A stretch of DNA of 63,820 nucleotides, counting the filler, from Octopus bimaculoides (Eukaryota), in NCBI RefSeq assembly GCF_001194135.2. It is 9 parts of 8 records of this genome, joined end to end, with 100 filler letters (N's around TTAATTAATTAA, not from the genome) between each part and the next. Parts side by side here need not be neighbours in the genome. Positions count along the whole stretch, not along the records: positions 1 to 28,857 come from NC_068982.1; 8 more parts are not named here. One strand, written 5' to 3'. The notes under the pieces were generated by a model, which was given only the letters and a program-made list of their open reading frames with translations, made no database searches and was not told where the DNA came from. Shown in pieces: positions 1 to 14,989 of the stretch (its first letter is position 1; each line of letters begins with the position of its first letter). The translations under genes and the position numbers were made by a program.

Positions 1-47
1 GTGGTGGTTGTAGTGGTAGTAGTAGTATAGCAACAGCAGCAGCAGGC

Positions 48-107
<60 letters not shown>

Positions 108-2054
108 AGAACGGCACAATTGACATAATATATTTCGAACGACTAGTTTACAACAAAGGTGAGAACAGCATGAGATCGTAATCCAGGAAGTTATAAGAAA
201 TACAATCATAAAAGATTGCTAAACAAATACATACGCTTATATTCATGCGTACATAATATACATCCAACCACATATGCTGCTTCTGCATTATATCTATATA
301 CAAACTCATCCACATATGTTTGTACATATACATTAACGTACATATTTATGCATATGTGTGTGCGTATAACATTGAGATTATGTGTATTTGCGTGTGTGCC
401 TTTGTGCATTGAATTGCAAAACATTTGGTATTTGTCAGGTAAATACAGACTTCTCAACATTTTAATACAATTAAATTTTAATTATAAAAACAACGCTGAT
501 AATATTTGTATGCGTTGGTGTGTATGCATATATGTTCTTGTATATATATACATACACATGTATATATACATNNNNNNNNNNNNNNNNNNNNNNNNNNNNN
601 NNNNNNNNNNNNNNNNNNNNNNNNNNNNNNNNNNNNNNNNNNNNNNNNNNNNNNNNNNNNNNNNNNNNNNNNNNNNNNNNNNNNNNNNNNNNNNNNNNNN
701 NNNNNNNNNNNNNNNNNNNNNNNNNNNNNNNNNNNNNNNNNNNNNNNNNTATATATATATATATATATATATAAATATGTACATGCATATATATGTATAC
801 ATTTTTACATATATGTATACATAGATGCATAAATAAATAAATATATATATATATATATATAGATATATAGATACATACATACATACATACATACATACAT
901 ACACGCACACATACACACACACACATATTCACGTATGTACACGAGCAGATTTCAAATTCTTTATATAACAGGCAATCTATTGATATCTCACATTTTAAAA
1001 GAATTATATCATTTGAGATAAAAAGCATAATTTAATTTATTGCAACGGTTCCATGCATATTTCGCTAAATTCATTGATTCGTGGTTCGTGGTGGTAGTGG
1101 TAAAGAGTGTGGATATGGAGGTGATATATGTGTATAATTGTGTGCATGTGTTAGACTGTGTGAGTCCTTTTGCGCGTTTGTATATGCCTGTGTATGTTAA
1201 TAAAAACCATGTCAAAATGTCTGAAATTAGAATTAAGTTAGCGTTCAGCAGGGGAGATAACTGTTGGCCCTGGGTTACGGCATCATGTTTTTGTTACATC
1301 AATCACTTTCTAATCGTTATTGCTCCGTTACAAGTATGTAAATGTGTACATATATCCGTCGACACGAATAAACTCTACTCTCAGTAAATGTATTTCTCAC
1401 AGTATATGCATTATGATATGTAATGTGCGAAAATTAAAATATTACACGCAGATTATCATTATCTTTTAACTTATTCTTGTTCCAATTATTAGACTGCGGC
1501 CATACTTTGAAGAATTTTTGTAATTATTATTTTTAATAAACCTGTTGCTTAGTCTATCGGTCTCTTTTATCGAATCGATAAGTTCAGGAGACGTTAACAA
1601 AGTCTCTCTCTTTCCCTCTCTCGTTTTTTCTCTCTCTCTCTCTCTTTCTCTCTCTTACACACACACACACGCACGCACATGCACACGCACACATACACAC
1701 ACATATATATACGCATATATGCGATGGACTTCTTACCTGTACCATATCCGCTAGGAAGGATTTGGTCGGTCCAAGTAGTACCATACGTAGTGGGACTGAA
1801 CCCAAAAACCACACTGTACACAAATACATACACATATACGTACATACATACATACATACATACATACATACATACATACATAATACATACATACATACAT
1901 ACATACATACATACATACATACATACATAAAGTTTAGTAACTCCTACAGAAATTAATGTTTTTTTTTAAATCTTCAAGTAAATTTGTTAGTCTAATAACT
2001 TGGCTTTTCCAAAATTTATATTTATCGTAAGGAAAACCCCAAAATTATACATAT

Positions 2055-2730
2055 ATAAGCATATTTCTTGGGGGAAGAAAGGTGAAATGCCATCAGAGAA
2101 GCGAGCTGAGACTGAAAGTTTAAAAAAAGATGAGGAATACTGTGAAGAAGACAGCAGTTGATTTGTCTGTACATTCATCAACTGTCTCAAGAACTCTGAA
2201 AAGAATAGAAGAAACTAGAAATTATTCAAGCCGTTATCGCTGAAGGAGGCCAAGAGTAGTAACATTTCATACTGATCGTTTTATTCACCGCTATGCTAGA
2301 GCAAATCCCTTCTTTACAAGTGAGATACAAGCACAGTTACCAACAAATAATAACAATAAAACGCCAAGTTTGTCAGCAATTAAAGATCGTTTGGTACATA
2401 TTTTAAGCTCAGAGAATACTAACCAGAAAAGACCTCAGCTGAACAAGATAAATCATGAAAATCGAATTAAATTTTCCAAGAAATTTGAGCACTGGACACC
2501 AATTAAATGGAGCGAATTAATGTTAACACCTTCAAATAGGAAGATCAAAAAATTAAGTGGTTGAATGAACGGTGTATATAAAAAGCTGTCCGTTCTGCAC
2601 CTACAGGTGCAACATTGAAAGCAAAAGATTATCTAAACAGTTTAAAGGAAAAAGTGCCAAGATTTATAGCAGCTAGAAAGTGCTCAATCATGCAACAAGA
2701 TGGTGTTCCAATCCACTCAGTAATGATAGT
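2055..2730 (+). mobile_element. Degenerate Tc1-like transposase remnant
   Basis: Hand translation gives VHSSTVSRTLKRIEETRNYSSRYR*RRPRV and KRPQLNKINHENRIKFSKKFEHWT..KWS (Tc1 paired-like DNA-binding domain), and later MQQDGVPIH (second catalytic D). Stops and frameshifts present. Confidence 0.75.
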
Positions 2731-2987
2731 TAAGCCCAAGTCTATTTTGAATATATATATTATACCAAGGGATAATATAAGAATATAATCTATTCCAGGA
2801 CCCTGTTTATTGTCGAAATTATTCTATTATTCTTTGCACTGGTAATTGAAATATCTTTCTAAATAGGGTTTACCCGTCCCATGTTAGACACAAACTTTGC
2901 ATAAATGGAAGTTATGATCTTTTATTTGTCGTTCTGTCAATAGCAAATACATTAATATGTACGTGTGCATATGAGTGTATGTGAGAC

Positions 2988-3042
<55 letters not shown>

Positions 3043-3462
3043 CTAATTGAGTGAGTGTGTGTGTGTGAGTTTTTGCGCTTTTTCGATTGTTTTGATTTTG
3101 TTGATCTTTTGTTGTTTTAGCAAAAAATATAGGAAATAGATTACTACTTTTTATGCAAAATATGAAAATTTGCAAACCACACGCAAAGCGTATATGAACT
3201 TTCCCGAACGGTTGTAAAAGTTCTTCCAGCACATACACACGTTTCCACCTACACGTGATTGTTGATTGAGTATAATTTTCGTGAGAAAATCTGTTTATTA
3301 TACAATTTTTCATTTAGCGTGCTTTCGTATATAGTTTTCCAACACATATACGCATGTGTAGTTCGCTCGTGGTTTCTCTGATCAAATTTAGGCTCGTTAT
3401 GCAAGGATTTTCTTCAGAGAATTTGTTCGTTCGGAGAACTGTTCGTATATGGAGAACCTATA

Positions 3463-3494
<32 letters not shown>

Positions 3495-3596
3495 CGTGTA
3501 CATAATATATATATTTTAAATATATATGTATATATATTAATATATATACATTTAGCATATATTGATACATAGATACACACACACATACACGCACAC

Positions 3597-3655
<59 letters not shown>

Positions 3656-4266
3656 TTTCCATTTTAGGTAACATTTTTCGTTCTCTCTCTCTTTCCGGTT
3701 TCTTCCTTTTCTTATTTGTTTTTTTATCTATATTTCTTTCTTATGTACTTCTTTGTTTTCTCTTTCAGTGTTTCTTTCTATTTTTTTCTTTTACTTCTTT
3801 TCTTTTTCTTCTTACTCTACCTCTTGTTTTTTTTTCAGACTTTCTCTCTCCCTTTCTACTGGTGATTCCACGGTTGTCCAGGTGGAACATATGGTAAGCC
3901 ATAATGTGAACTGTCATAATGTCTATTCGTAACAACATGGTGACACTGTTAAACAAAGCAGTTGAATTACAGGCGCAATTTTTACTGAGGATGGCGTTTC
4001 AAAATTAAATTAGCAGGCTCGAGTTTCACAGTTGCAAACACACGCACCCAGTTGCACACCAGCCTACACACAGCAGCCACCCATACACAAGCAATCACAC
4101 ACAGATACAATCATGCAAACGTAGATTATGCTTAACCATACACAAACGCATACGTACACATAAAGATATTCATTCGTGTCAATGTTCATACACATGAATA
4201 TATATGTTAACTGATAAGCGGACGCAAAGACACATGTACACCCATATCAACAAACGCACAGCGTTC

Positions 4267-4310
<44 letters not shown>

Positions 4311-4484
4311 CATATACAAACACTTACATACAAACAGAAGGAGACTCATACGCATGTTCCAATTCACTCACCGGACAGAAACACATATATATACACATAT
4401 TGACAAACACACAATGCAAGTACACACGCGCGCGCGCACGCACACACACACTCACACACAGAAACATATCTATATTTATATCCA

Positions 4485-4528
<44 letters not shown>

Positions 4529-4531
<3 letters not shown>

Positions 4532-4750
4532 TCCTTTATTCTTTTACTTGTCTCAATCATTTGTCTGCCGCCATGCTGGAACACTACGTACTACCTTAAA
4601 GGGTTTTAACCGGAGAAATCGACCCCAAGACTTATTCTTTGTAAGCCTAGTACTTATTATGTTAATAACTTTTGCCGAACCGCTATATAACGGGGACGTA
4701 AACGCACCAACAGCGGTTGTCAAGCTATGGTAGGGGACAAACAGACACCA
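4529..4750 (-). mobile_element. SINE family B 3' half
   Basis: Reverse complement of the 30380-30570 body (tcgaccccaagacttattctttgtaagcctagtacttatt...ttgtcaagc). Confidence 0.8.
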
Positions 4751-4789
4751 AGACACACACACATATCTATATATCTATATACACACGCT

Positions 4790-4856
4790 AGGTGTATACC
4801 GCCGGCTACTCCTCAGGCCAAGGATAAACCTGAAGAGTAGCCGGCGGTATACGCCT
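4790..4856. other. GC-rich 67-nt hairpin (28-bp stem, 11-nt loop)
   Basis: 4794-4817 gtataccgccggctactcctcagg vs reverse complement of 4829-4852 match 23/24; four more outer pairs including one G-U. Confidence 0.85.
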
Positions 4857-7800
4857 CGATTTGATTTTTACTGTATCTGAGGTTCCGCTCACTATTTCAT
4901 TCCTACCGTGGAATATAAAAAGAACTTTTTCTGCTTATCGTTCCTCGATACGAAAACTTCAACAACACTCCGTCTCAATAAACCACTATTGTCCCTGAAA
5001 GTTGCTTTTTTATATTTANNNNNNNNNNNNNNNNNNNNNNNNNNNNNNNNNNNNNNNNNNNNNNNNNNNNNNNNNNNNNNNNNNNNNNNNNNNNNNNNNN
5101 NNNNNNNNNNNNNNNNNNNNNNNNNNNNNNNNNNNNNNNNNNNNNNNNNNNNNNNNNNNNNNNNNNNNNNNNNNNNNNNNNNNNNNNNNNNNNNNNNNNN
5201 NNNNNNNNNNNNNNNNNNNNNNNNNNNNNNNNNNNNNNNNNNNNNNNNNNNNNNNNNNNNNNNNNNNNNNNNNNNNNNNNNNNNNNNNNNNNNNNNNNNN
5301 NNNNNNNNNNNNNNNNNNNNNNNNNNNNNNNNNNNNNNNNNNNNNNNNNNNNNNNNNNNNNNNNNNNNNNNNNNNNNNNNNNNNNNNNNNNNNNNNNNNN
5401 NNNNNNNNNNNNNNNNNNNNNNNNNNNNNNNNNNNNNNNNNNNNNNNNNNNNNNNNNNNNNNNNNNNNNNNNNNNNNNNNNNNNNNNNNNNNNNNNNNNN
5501 NNNNNNNNNNNNNNNNNNNNNNNNNNNNNNNNNNNNNNNNNNNNNNNNNNNNNNNNNNNNNNNNNNNNNNNNNNNNNNNNNNNNNNNNNNNNNNNNNNNN
5601 NNNNNNNNNAATAATAATAATAATAATGATAATAATAATAACAGTGACAACAAAATTTAACGCACAAACATGATATAGTCCTCTTACAGAACAAAATGAG
5701 CCACCCGAACAAAATAATTCCATGAAAGAAAAAAGAGAGTTGGATATTTTCTCATGTGGTTACCTAGAAGTTATACAGGTCAATTTAAACCTTCATTTAA
5801 CGGTTTATCAAAATCTATCGTCATTTGAATGTCAGAATAGAAATCCCTTAGCAATGAAAGTAATGCACTTGTCGCCATCTTAGCCCTCAAACTGAACTTA
5901 GTGCAGCAACTGAACAGTTATGTTAATAGAACGCCCATCAAACTGCGCAGACAAGACATACTATTTCGCTGTGAATGTTTACCATTGACAAGGCTAAGGA
6001 AGGCAGAAATCATGTGATCTCTTTCTTCCGAAACGGTAGCCGACAATTATCTCTTCCCGCTAGCGATATAAACAAAAGCTCTTATTTGCACCTCAATTTC
6101 ATGAGAGGTTTTCTCTATGTTCTAACACAACTTCCACTTGTGAGTGGGAATAAATATAACCACACACGCACACACACACACACACACACACGCACACACG
6201 CACACATACACACACACTCACACACACACACAGACATACACATACACATGAATATAGATACATATATGTGTGTATGTATATATGTATATATATATATATA
6301 AAGTGTAGTATATTGCCACTTAAGNNNNNNNNNNNNNNNNNNNNNNNNNNNNNNNNNNNNNNNNNNNNNNNNNNNNNNNNNNNNNNNNNNNNNNNNNNNN
6401 NNNNNNNNNNNNNNNNNNNNNNNNNNNNNNNNNNNNNNNNNNNNNNNNNNNNNNNNNNNNNNNNNNNNNNNNNNNNNNNNNNNNNNNNNNNNNNNNNNNN
6501 NNNNNNNNNNNNNNNNNNNNNNNNNNNNNNNNNNNNNNNNNNNNNNNNNNNNNNNNNNNNNNNNNNNNNNNNNNNNNNNNNNNNNNNNNNNNNNNNNNNN
6601 NNNNNNNNNNNNNNNNNNNNNNNNNNNNNNNNNNNNNNNNNNNNNNNNNNNNNNNNNNNNNNNNNNNNNNNNNNNNNNNNNNNNNNNNNNNNNNNNNNNN
6701 NNNNNNNNNNNNNNNNNNNNNNNNNNNNNNNNNNNNNNNNNNNNNNNNNNNNNNNNNNNNNNNNNNNNNNNNNNNNNNNNNNNNNNNNNNNNNNNNNNNN
6801 NNNNNNNNNNNNNNNNNNNNNNNNNNNNNNNNNNNNNNNNNNNNNNNNNNNNNNNNNNNNNNNNNNNNNNNNNNNNNNNNNNNNNNNNNNNNNNNNNNNN
6901 NNNNNNNNNNNNNNNNNNNNNNNNNNNNNNNNNNNNNNNNNNNNNNNNNNNNNNNNNNNNNNNNNNNNNNNNNNNNNNNNNNNNNNNNNNNNNNNNNNNN
7001 NNNNNNNNNNNNNNNNNNNNNNNNNNNNNNNNNNNTATACTCTAAGTAATTTCAGCTTGAAACAGTTCAGATGAATAAAAGAATTTTAGACAAACATATA
7101 ACATTAAATCGATAGGTGCCTCTCAAAAACTCTCTCTGCAGGCTTGGATATTTTATAAAGATACTTTTAACTATAATGTATTTATAAGCCATTGAACAGT
7201 TTGTGTCAAAATTTAATAAACTTTTGTGTCACTATTAAAACAGTTGATGCATATGCCTTGCCAGTGACGGAAATATGGTGATATGCTGGTATTAATTGTA
7301 TATATAAGACATGATATAATACAAATGTGGTATATAAATAAATATAAAACAAGCAGTCAAAGGTGTTTCCTTTTAAAATTGAGTTTGCAAAGAACTACAT
7401 TACATTATGCTCTTTGTTGTAATCTTCGGACACCTGTATTTGTTATGCTTTAACTCAAGCCTAAAAAAGTTAGTCTAATGTGTATTGATAAAGATAATTA
7501 CAAGTATATCAAATACCAGATAATATAAATTCTTGACATACTACAGAGGAAAAGAATAAGATTATTGTCTACAGGTAAAAATGATAGTCGTATACGTGTG
7601 ATTCTGCTTCGTTCGAAATCAACAGTCCTTTATCTCCGATAACCAAGCCACTTGCAGAAAAAATATAGTGTAGGTAATTTGCATAATCTAGACAAAAATT
7701 ATCAAAGGGTATTAAATAAGACCGGCCGATGATATATATTTAAACGACATAGACAAATACATGGATATCAAATCCCATACAATATCAGTTCTTGATTTAT

Positions 7801-8883
7801 TAAAACCATCTCCATCTTTAGAGGATGTGTGCCAGTTACCAAACTTTATAGCAGTATATGTTTTATTATAATGTCTAGCATTGACATCCATGTTGTCAAA
7901 AATGACAAGTTAATGAAAGAAAATAGCAAAGCCATTCAAAACGATTGTATTAACTCTTGATACATGATAGATTTATTACTTAAAAAGTCTGCGCAGTCTT
8001 TATACAGCTGCTTCTGTTTTCTTTTTTTTTTTACATCAATGAAGCTTTAGCATAATTATAGTTTGGTGTCACTCCTCCTCGACACCGTGTGTTCCACAAT
8101 CTTGTGACACATGCATATCATTTCACAAAATTTGGCAGAGATACGTTCATAAAATTTCTCTTCTGCTCCCGAATTTATTTCCTCATAACTCTATTTAAAA
8201 TTCATGTTTGTTTCTCAACTGTTCTATCACTATATACATACATACATACATACATACATACACACATACGTATGTATATTTGTATGTCCTGGGTATAACA
8301 TTAATCTGCATCGGGTGGTTACGTTCCATCTCTGGAGTGATGGTGAGTAGGGGGTGAGGATTCACTTCTCAGTTACCTTTATTCCTAGATCCGTTCTGAC
8401 CTGGAACAGTAGTACATGTAAGGGTTATATAAATTTCCCCGGATTAAGGAGACTGCCGTTATTTTTCACAAACCATGGGAAGGTAGCTCTTCTAGGAGAA
8501 GGGTACTCTGCATAACATTTGCAGTCAAAATAAGACCAATTATATTGCAATGCTTGTCACTGGAACCTACTATGGTGACCGAGGGAATAGCAAAAATGTT
8601 TTATAAACTTTTGTCAATCAAATCGAATGACTTGCAAATATTTCACTATCATTTCAATTCCTGATCCGTTTTTATATTTTATAAAGTCCTATAGTCATGT
8701 GTGCGTGGCTTCGTGTGCAGACTTGACAACATTATGAATACTTACAACACTATGAATACTTATTGCTTGTGATAATGGAATGAGCAAATGCGCTTCCAAA
8801 GGAAACAGCTGGGATTTACTTGAACAGCTTTTATATATATATGGATACATATATACATATGCTTATACTCACATAAACGTACA

Positions 8884-8941
<58 letters not shown>

Positions 8942-8978
8942 CACGCACACACAAATATACATATACATATACATATAC

Positions 8979-9307
8979 ATATATTAAAAAAACTAATAAT
9001 CAGGTACTCAGATGTCTGGAAGGTTGTATATTTACAGAATTTTTATTCATATGTCACATGTCTTATAAATTAGCGCTTTCACCTAGTCTTGTAGGTTTAT
9101 CAAATTTTGAGGGAAACCTGGAGAGAATGTTTCTTTTCATAATACTATAAAAAGAAACATTCTCTCAAGGTTTCTCTCAAAATTTGATAAACCTACAAGA
9201 CTAGGTGAAAGCACTAATTTATAAAACATGTGACATACGAATAAAAATCTGTAAATATACAACCATCCAGACATCTGAGTACCTGATTATTATTTTTTCT
9301 AATATAT
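8979..9307. repeat. Long near-perfect palindrome (fold-back element), ~159-bp arms, 11-nt spacer
   Basis: 8995-9137 vs reverse complement of 9149-9291 differs at 7 positions; the outer 15 bp match 13/15. Confidence 0.92.
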
Positions 9308-9364
9308 AATTCCTGTACATCACCTCCAAACCTTCCAATATATATTTATTTATATATATATATA

Positions 9365-9588
9365 TTGGGTTGTCCGGAAAGTTCGTGCCGATTCATAGTA
9401 ACTTACCTTTCAACTTATTTGCCATGAAAGCACCTCAATTCGGGGAAGAGGGTAATTTCAAGTTAAAGGAAAGATAGAGACGCGTTGTGCAACAAAATGA
9501 TTTATATTTGGTTGATTAAAAATGGAATGGCATTTATAGATCTTTTTATTTTCTATAAAAAACGGCACGGACTTTCCGGACAAACCAA
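9365..9588 (+). mobile_element. Mariner-derived MITE (224 bp) with 26-bp TIRs and TA flanks
   Basis: Left ttgggttgtccggaaagttcgtgccg vs reverse complement of right end ttggtttgtccggaaagtccgtgccg (24/26); TA on both sides. Internal R*RRVVQQNDLYLVD* resembles a mariner transposase C-terminus. Confidence 0.85.
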
Positions 9589-9729
9589 TATATATATATG
9601 AACATAATAATGAAGGATTATCAATCCGTGAAAAATACCTCATAAGGTCTATGTTGGCAGACCAGGCTAGCAATATTATTAAGATTAGTGAAGAACTCCA
9701 GGTATTCTTATGCCATATACAATTATGTA

Positions 9730-9765
<36 letters not shown>

Positions 9766-10287
9766 TGTCTGTGTCTGTGTGTGCGCGTGTGTATTTATAT
9801 TTATATTTATATATATATACACTTTTATAATTAGATATTAGTCATGAATAATTTCAGAGCGGCACCTGGTGAAGATTTTAACCATATTTCATGTTACAGT
9901 CATACTTTGATTACTCCAGGCCATTCAAGTTAAGATTTACTGTTTGGAGAATGATTTCCAGTTATCGGCAATTTCTTGGAGAGTATTTGTCCATAAACGA
10001 TTTCGGACATATGAACTCTTTTTCTTACCCGGTGCATCTTGATAATTCTGTCGTGATGTTCTGTTATGGCGCGAGTTCGACATTTGTGGAGGTCGGATAG
10101 ACTGGTTTAGCTAAATATTAACGAATTGACGAATAATTATTAAAAAATGTGATATAGAACGAACGTGTGAGTTTATTAGTGGCATTATGACCCTTCCGAG
10201 ATGCAATAAAATCTGTTTCGGCGTACATGTTTACATAAAAAATCTTGCAATCTAAATCTAAACACTACACGCACGTGCGCACACATA

Positions 10288-10327
<40 letters not shown>

Positions 10328-11049
10328 ATATATTCGTATGTATGTATGTGTCGTATCTGTCTGTATGTGTGCGCGCGTGTGTGTTGTGTATTAGAGTCAA
10401 ATTGACAAAAGTCAACCATTACAAAACTCCTTTTAACATGATCGTGTCAAAAATATTTTTAGTTTTTGCTTGTTAAATGTTGATCACAAGAGAGATATTT
10501 CCAAACTTTCAGAATGCCACGAAGACATCCGTGGCAGTTTTAATTTATATTTTTATACTATTTTTCAATAAGGTGAAAGAGGAAATGGCATGTAAAGAAC
10601 TTATTGAAATATAGCAAAGACAAAACCGATACGCGCTGTTCTAGCAATGGTTGATAATATCCATAGAGAAAAATCTAATATGATGAAAGATAAATACATA
10701 CATACATACATACATACATACATGCATATATGTATGTATATATATAAATGTTTGTATATGTGTGTGTATGTGTATGAAATGAAATAAAAAAAATATACAC
10801 GGAAGATATCGTCACGCAAAAGCTGATAAAAGGAATACATACGTAAGATAATCCCACCAATAACAAGTGATATTTTTTCTTTATTTTACATGATTTTCGG
10901 GGGCTTTTTCTCTCCTTTTTTTTTTTTTCTTTACAAGGATCTTGTTGATAACAGTTTCAAGCAGCCATGGATTTTGTTCTAGTGTCTTCTTCGAATAATA
11001 CTTTTGCTGAAATGGAATGAATGTGCTTTTTGTCAGTGTACGATAACGG

Positions 11050-11579
<530 letters not shown>

Positions 11580-12142
11580 NNNNNNNNNNNNNNNNNNNNN
11601 NNNNNNNNNNNNNNNNNNNNNNNNNNNNNNNNNNNNNNNNNNNNNNNNNNNNNNNNNNNNNNNNNNNNNNNNNNNNNNNNNNNNNNNNNNNNNNNNNNNN
11701 NNNNNNNNNNNNNNNNNNNNNNNNNNNNNNNNNNNNNNNNNNNNNNNNNNNNNNNNNNNNNNNNNNNNNNNNNNNNNNNNNNNNNNNNNNNNNNNNNNNN
11801 NNNNNNNNNNNNNNNNNNNNNNNNNNNNNNNNNNNNNNNNNNNNNNNNNNNNNNNNNNNNNNNNNNNNNNNNNNNNNNNNNNNNNNNNNNNNNNNNNNNN
11901 NNNNNNNNNNNNNNNNNNNNNNNNNNNNNNNNNNNNNNNNNNNNNNNNNNNNNNNNNNNNNNNNNNNNNNNNNNNNNNNNNNNNNNNNNNNNNNNNNNNN
12001 NNNNNNNNNNNNNNNNNNNNNNNNNNNNNNNNNNNNNNNNNNNNNNNNNNNNNNNNNNNNNNNNNNNNNNNNNNNNNNNNNNNNNNNNNNNNNNNNNNNN
12101 NNNNNNNNNNNNNNNNNNNNNNNNNNNNNNNNNNNNNNNNNN

Positions 12143-12195
<53 letters not shown>

Positions 12196-12564
12196 ATCTG
12201 TGTGTGTATATATATATGTGTGTGTGTCTATCTCTATATATGGATATATTTATATATTTATATTTGAATATATATAAATATCTGTGTCTATATGTATGTT
12301 GTTAAAAAAAAACCCTCATATTTGTGTGGTTTATTGCCAGCGTGTGGCTTATTGCTTGTACGTGCTGATACTTTCCAGTATGTGATTTACATAAACATAC
12401 ACATATATACATACACTCTTATAAACATATATGCATCTTGTCACTGTTTATGATTTTATCAGATATGTGCGTGCATTCTTCGCATGTCAGTATATGCATA
12501 CATACATACATACATACATTCATATACATGCATACATATATATATATTATATAGTATATGCCTT

Positions 12565-12615
<51 letters not shown>

Positions 12616-13718
12616 CATACATATATATATGTATATATATATATACATATATATATTATATATGCTATATGCCTTANNNNNNNNNNNNNNNNNNNNNNNN
12701 NNNNNNNNNNNNNNNNNNNNNNNNNNNNNNNNNNNNNNNNNNNNNNNNNNNNNNNNNNNNNNNNNNNNNNNNNNNNNNNNNNNNNNNNNNNNNNNNNNNN
12801 NNNNNNNNNNNNNNNNNNNNNNNNNNNNNNNNNNNNNNNNNNNNNNNNNNNNNNNNNNNNNNNNNNNNNNNNNNNNNNNNTATATATATATATATATGCA
12901 TATATATTTATAAATACGTGAGTGCGTGCATACGTATATACGTATATGTATATATGTATAAGCGATACTAATTTCTAGTTTCAACAATGCAAGCAATGAA
13001 GACGATAATGCTTTCAATTTACATATCATGACTGGAAGTTTTGCACTTGATATCAACAATAGAAAAAAATTATTTGCGGATTGATTTGTTACAGACTCGA
13101 AAAGAAAGCTCAACTGTAAGAGTTTATGCATGGGAGTTCATGCGTGCTCGTATGTTTCTGTGCGTGTGTCTGTTAATGTTTGCGATCGTGTACTGCTAGT
13201 TATTCCTGCACTTGCATATCCACACACACACACACACGTGCATTCGTTATCACACTCGCAGACTTATAAACACGCAGTAAAATACACATATTTGTGAATA
13301 TTTGAATGTGAATCGGAAATGAGAGATATCAATCAATAGATATACAGATAAATAAGACGATTGTTATGTTTTGTATTTATACTGCTAAATATACAGAGAA
13401 ATACTTATACGCACATACATACAAATTACCTCGTATATGCTTATCTGCGCACAACCCATACTCATTTTTATACATAGAGTGTGAAAAAAAGTGGTACTTC
13501 ACTAAAGAAGAGCTATATACATGTAGATGTATATAAATCTATAATACATGTGCGTGTGCGCGTGTATGTGTGTGTTTGTATGTATTCATATACGTACGCG
13601 CGTGTATGTGTGTGTTTGTATGTATTCATATACGTACGCACATATATGTATCAATATGAATATATATACCTATGTAAATATCTGCATGTATATGTATACA
13701 TGTACAAATATATACTTG

Positions 13719-13768
<50 letters not shown>

Positions 13769-14989
13769 GAAATTTGTAGAAAAACAAAAGGCGAAGACAG
13801 GTGTATGAACATGCAGGTGTATTAGTATATATATGTGTGTGTGTGTGTAAGTGTGTATATATGTATACATATACATGTATATNNNNNNNNNNNNNNNNNN
13901 NNNNNNNNNNNNNNNNNNNNNNNNNNNNNNNNNNNNNNNNNNNNNNNNNNNNNNNNNNNNNNNNNNNNNNNNNNNNNNNNNNNNNNNNNNNNNNNNNNNN
14001 NNNNNNNNNNNNNNNNNNNNNNNNNNNNNNNNNNNNNNNNNNNNNNNNNNNNNNNNNNNNNNNNNNNNNNNNNNNNNTATATATATATATATATCTTTGT
14101 GTCTGTGTGTATGTGTATATGAGTGTCTTGTGCATATACATGTACAAGCTGAGTAGCCCGTCGTTGCCGGGCAATTCTCTCGCCACAAAGCTTTTATTAA
14201 TTTTTTTTAAAAATTCCATGTCTGACAATGTCTTTCCCGGCGGACAGGGATCATGTTCACGACGGATTTGCGCAATTGTTCGCAAAAAGATATCGTTGAT
14301 GGTTTTTCTTTCCATTTTAAATTATTTACATGCCTGTTGGACCGTTTCGTGTGTCATTATTCACTAAAACTTATTAAAACTTCACAACCTCTTAAAACTT
14401 TCACTGTAGTAACAATTTAGCTTCAGTTTTACCTTAGATAGCTATCACGCATAAGATATCAGAAAAAAAAAGTTTATGCTGATACTAGCATACCAAATGT
14501 GTTTTGCGTATATTTGTGAATATATGCGTTTGTATACGGCAGCCCCAAACGAACAACGCTATCTTCGTAATGTACAAATTATTCAGCCAATCGTATAGCT
14601 TCAACGATTTTTCAACACTCTCGTATATATCATTACCCTTTTTGCCGCTGCAGATCGGAGTAAGTCCAGTCTAACGGACAGTTTAGTCAGCCGAAAATTA
14701 ATGCTCTACCCTAAATACTGCATGGCAAAAAACTAGCTTTTCAACCACATGGCCGCTTTTTCAGTCCAAGTGCATGTTAAACAGACAATTAAATACGTTA
14801 GCCATCCGCAGGCTATAAAATGGAATACCACTAAGCATGTGTCTGCTCAATTGCCATCAAAAGGTTTTCTTTGACGTGAGATTGTGGTAGATATTTGACT
14901 AAGATGCCATGTAATAGCATTGATCACCGAATAATGATAATGAGAATGCATAACTACGCGGCTATCCGTGATCATATTTCATTGTTGTT

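Noticed and set aside
3878-3903. GGT GGA ACA TAT GGT (GGTYG) as the MAK glycine loop
   Set aside because: It lacks the LGDG context and is followed by K-P-stop instead of SV...VAIK.
14840-14870. ATT GCC ATC AAA AG|gt (IAIKR) as the missing MAK exon end
   Set aside because: In-frame TAA five codons upstream, no GxGxxG motif and a weak donor (gttttc).
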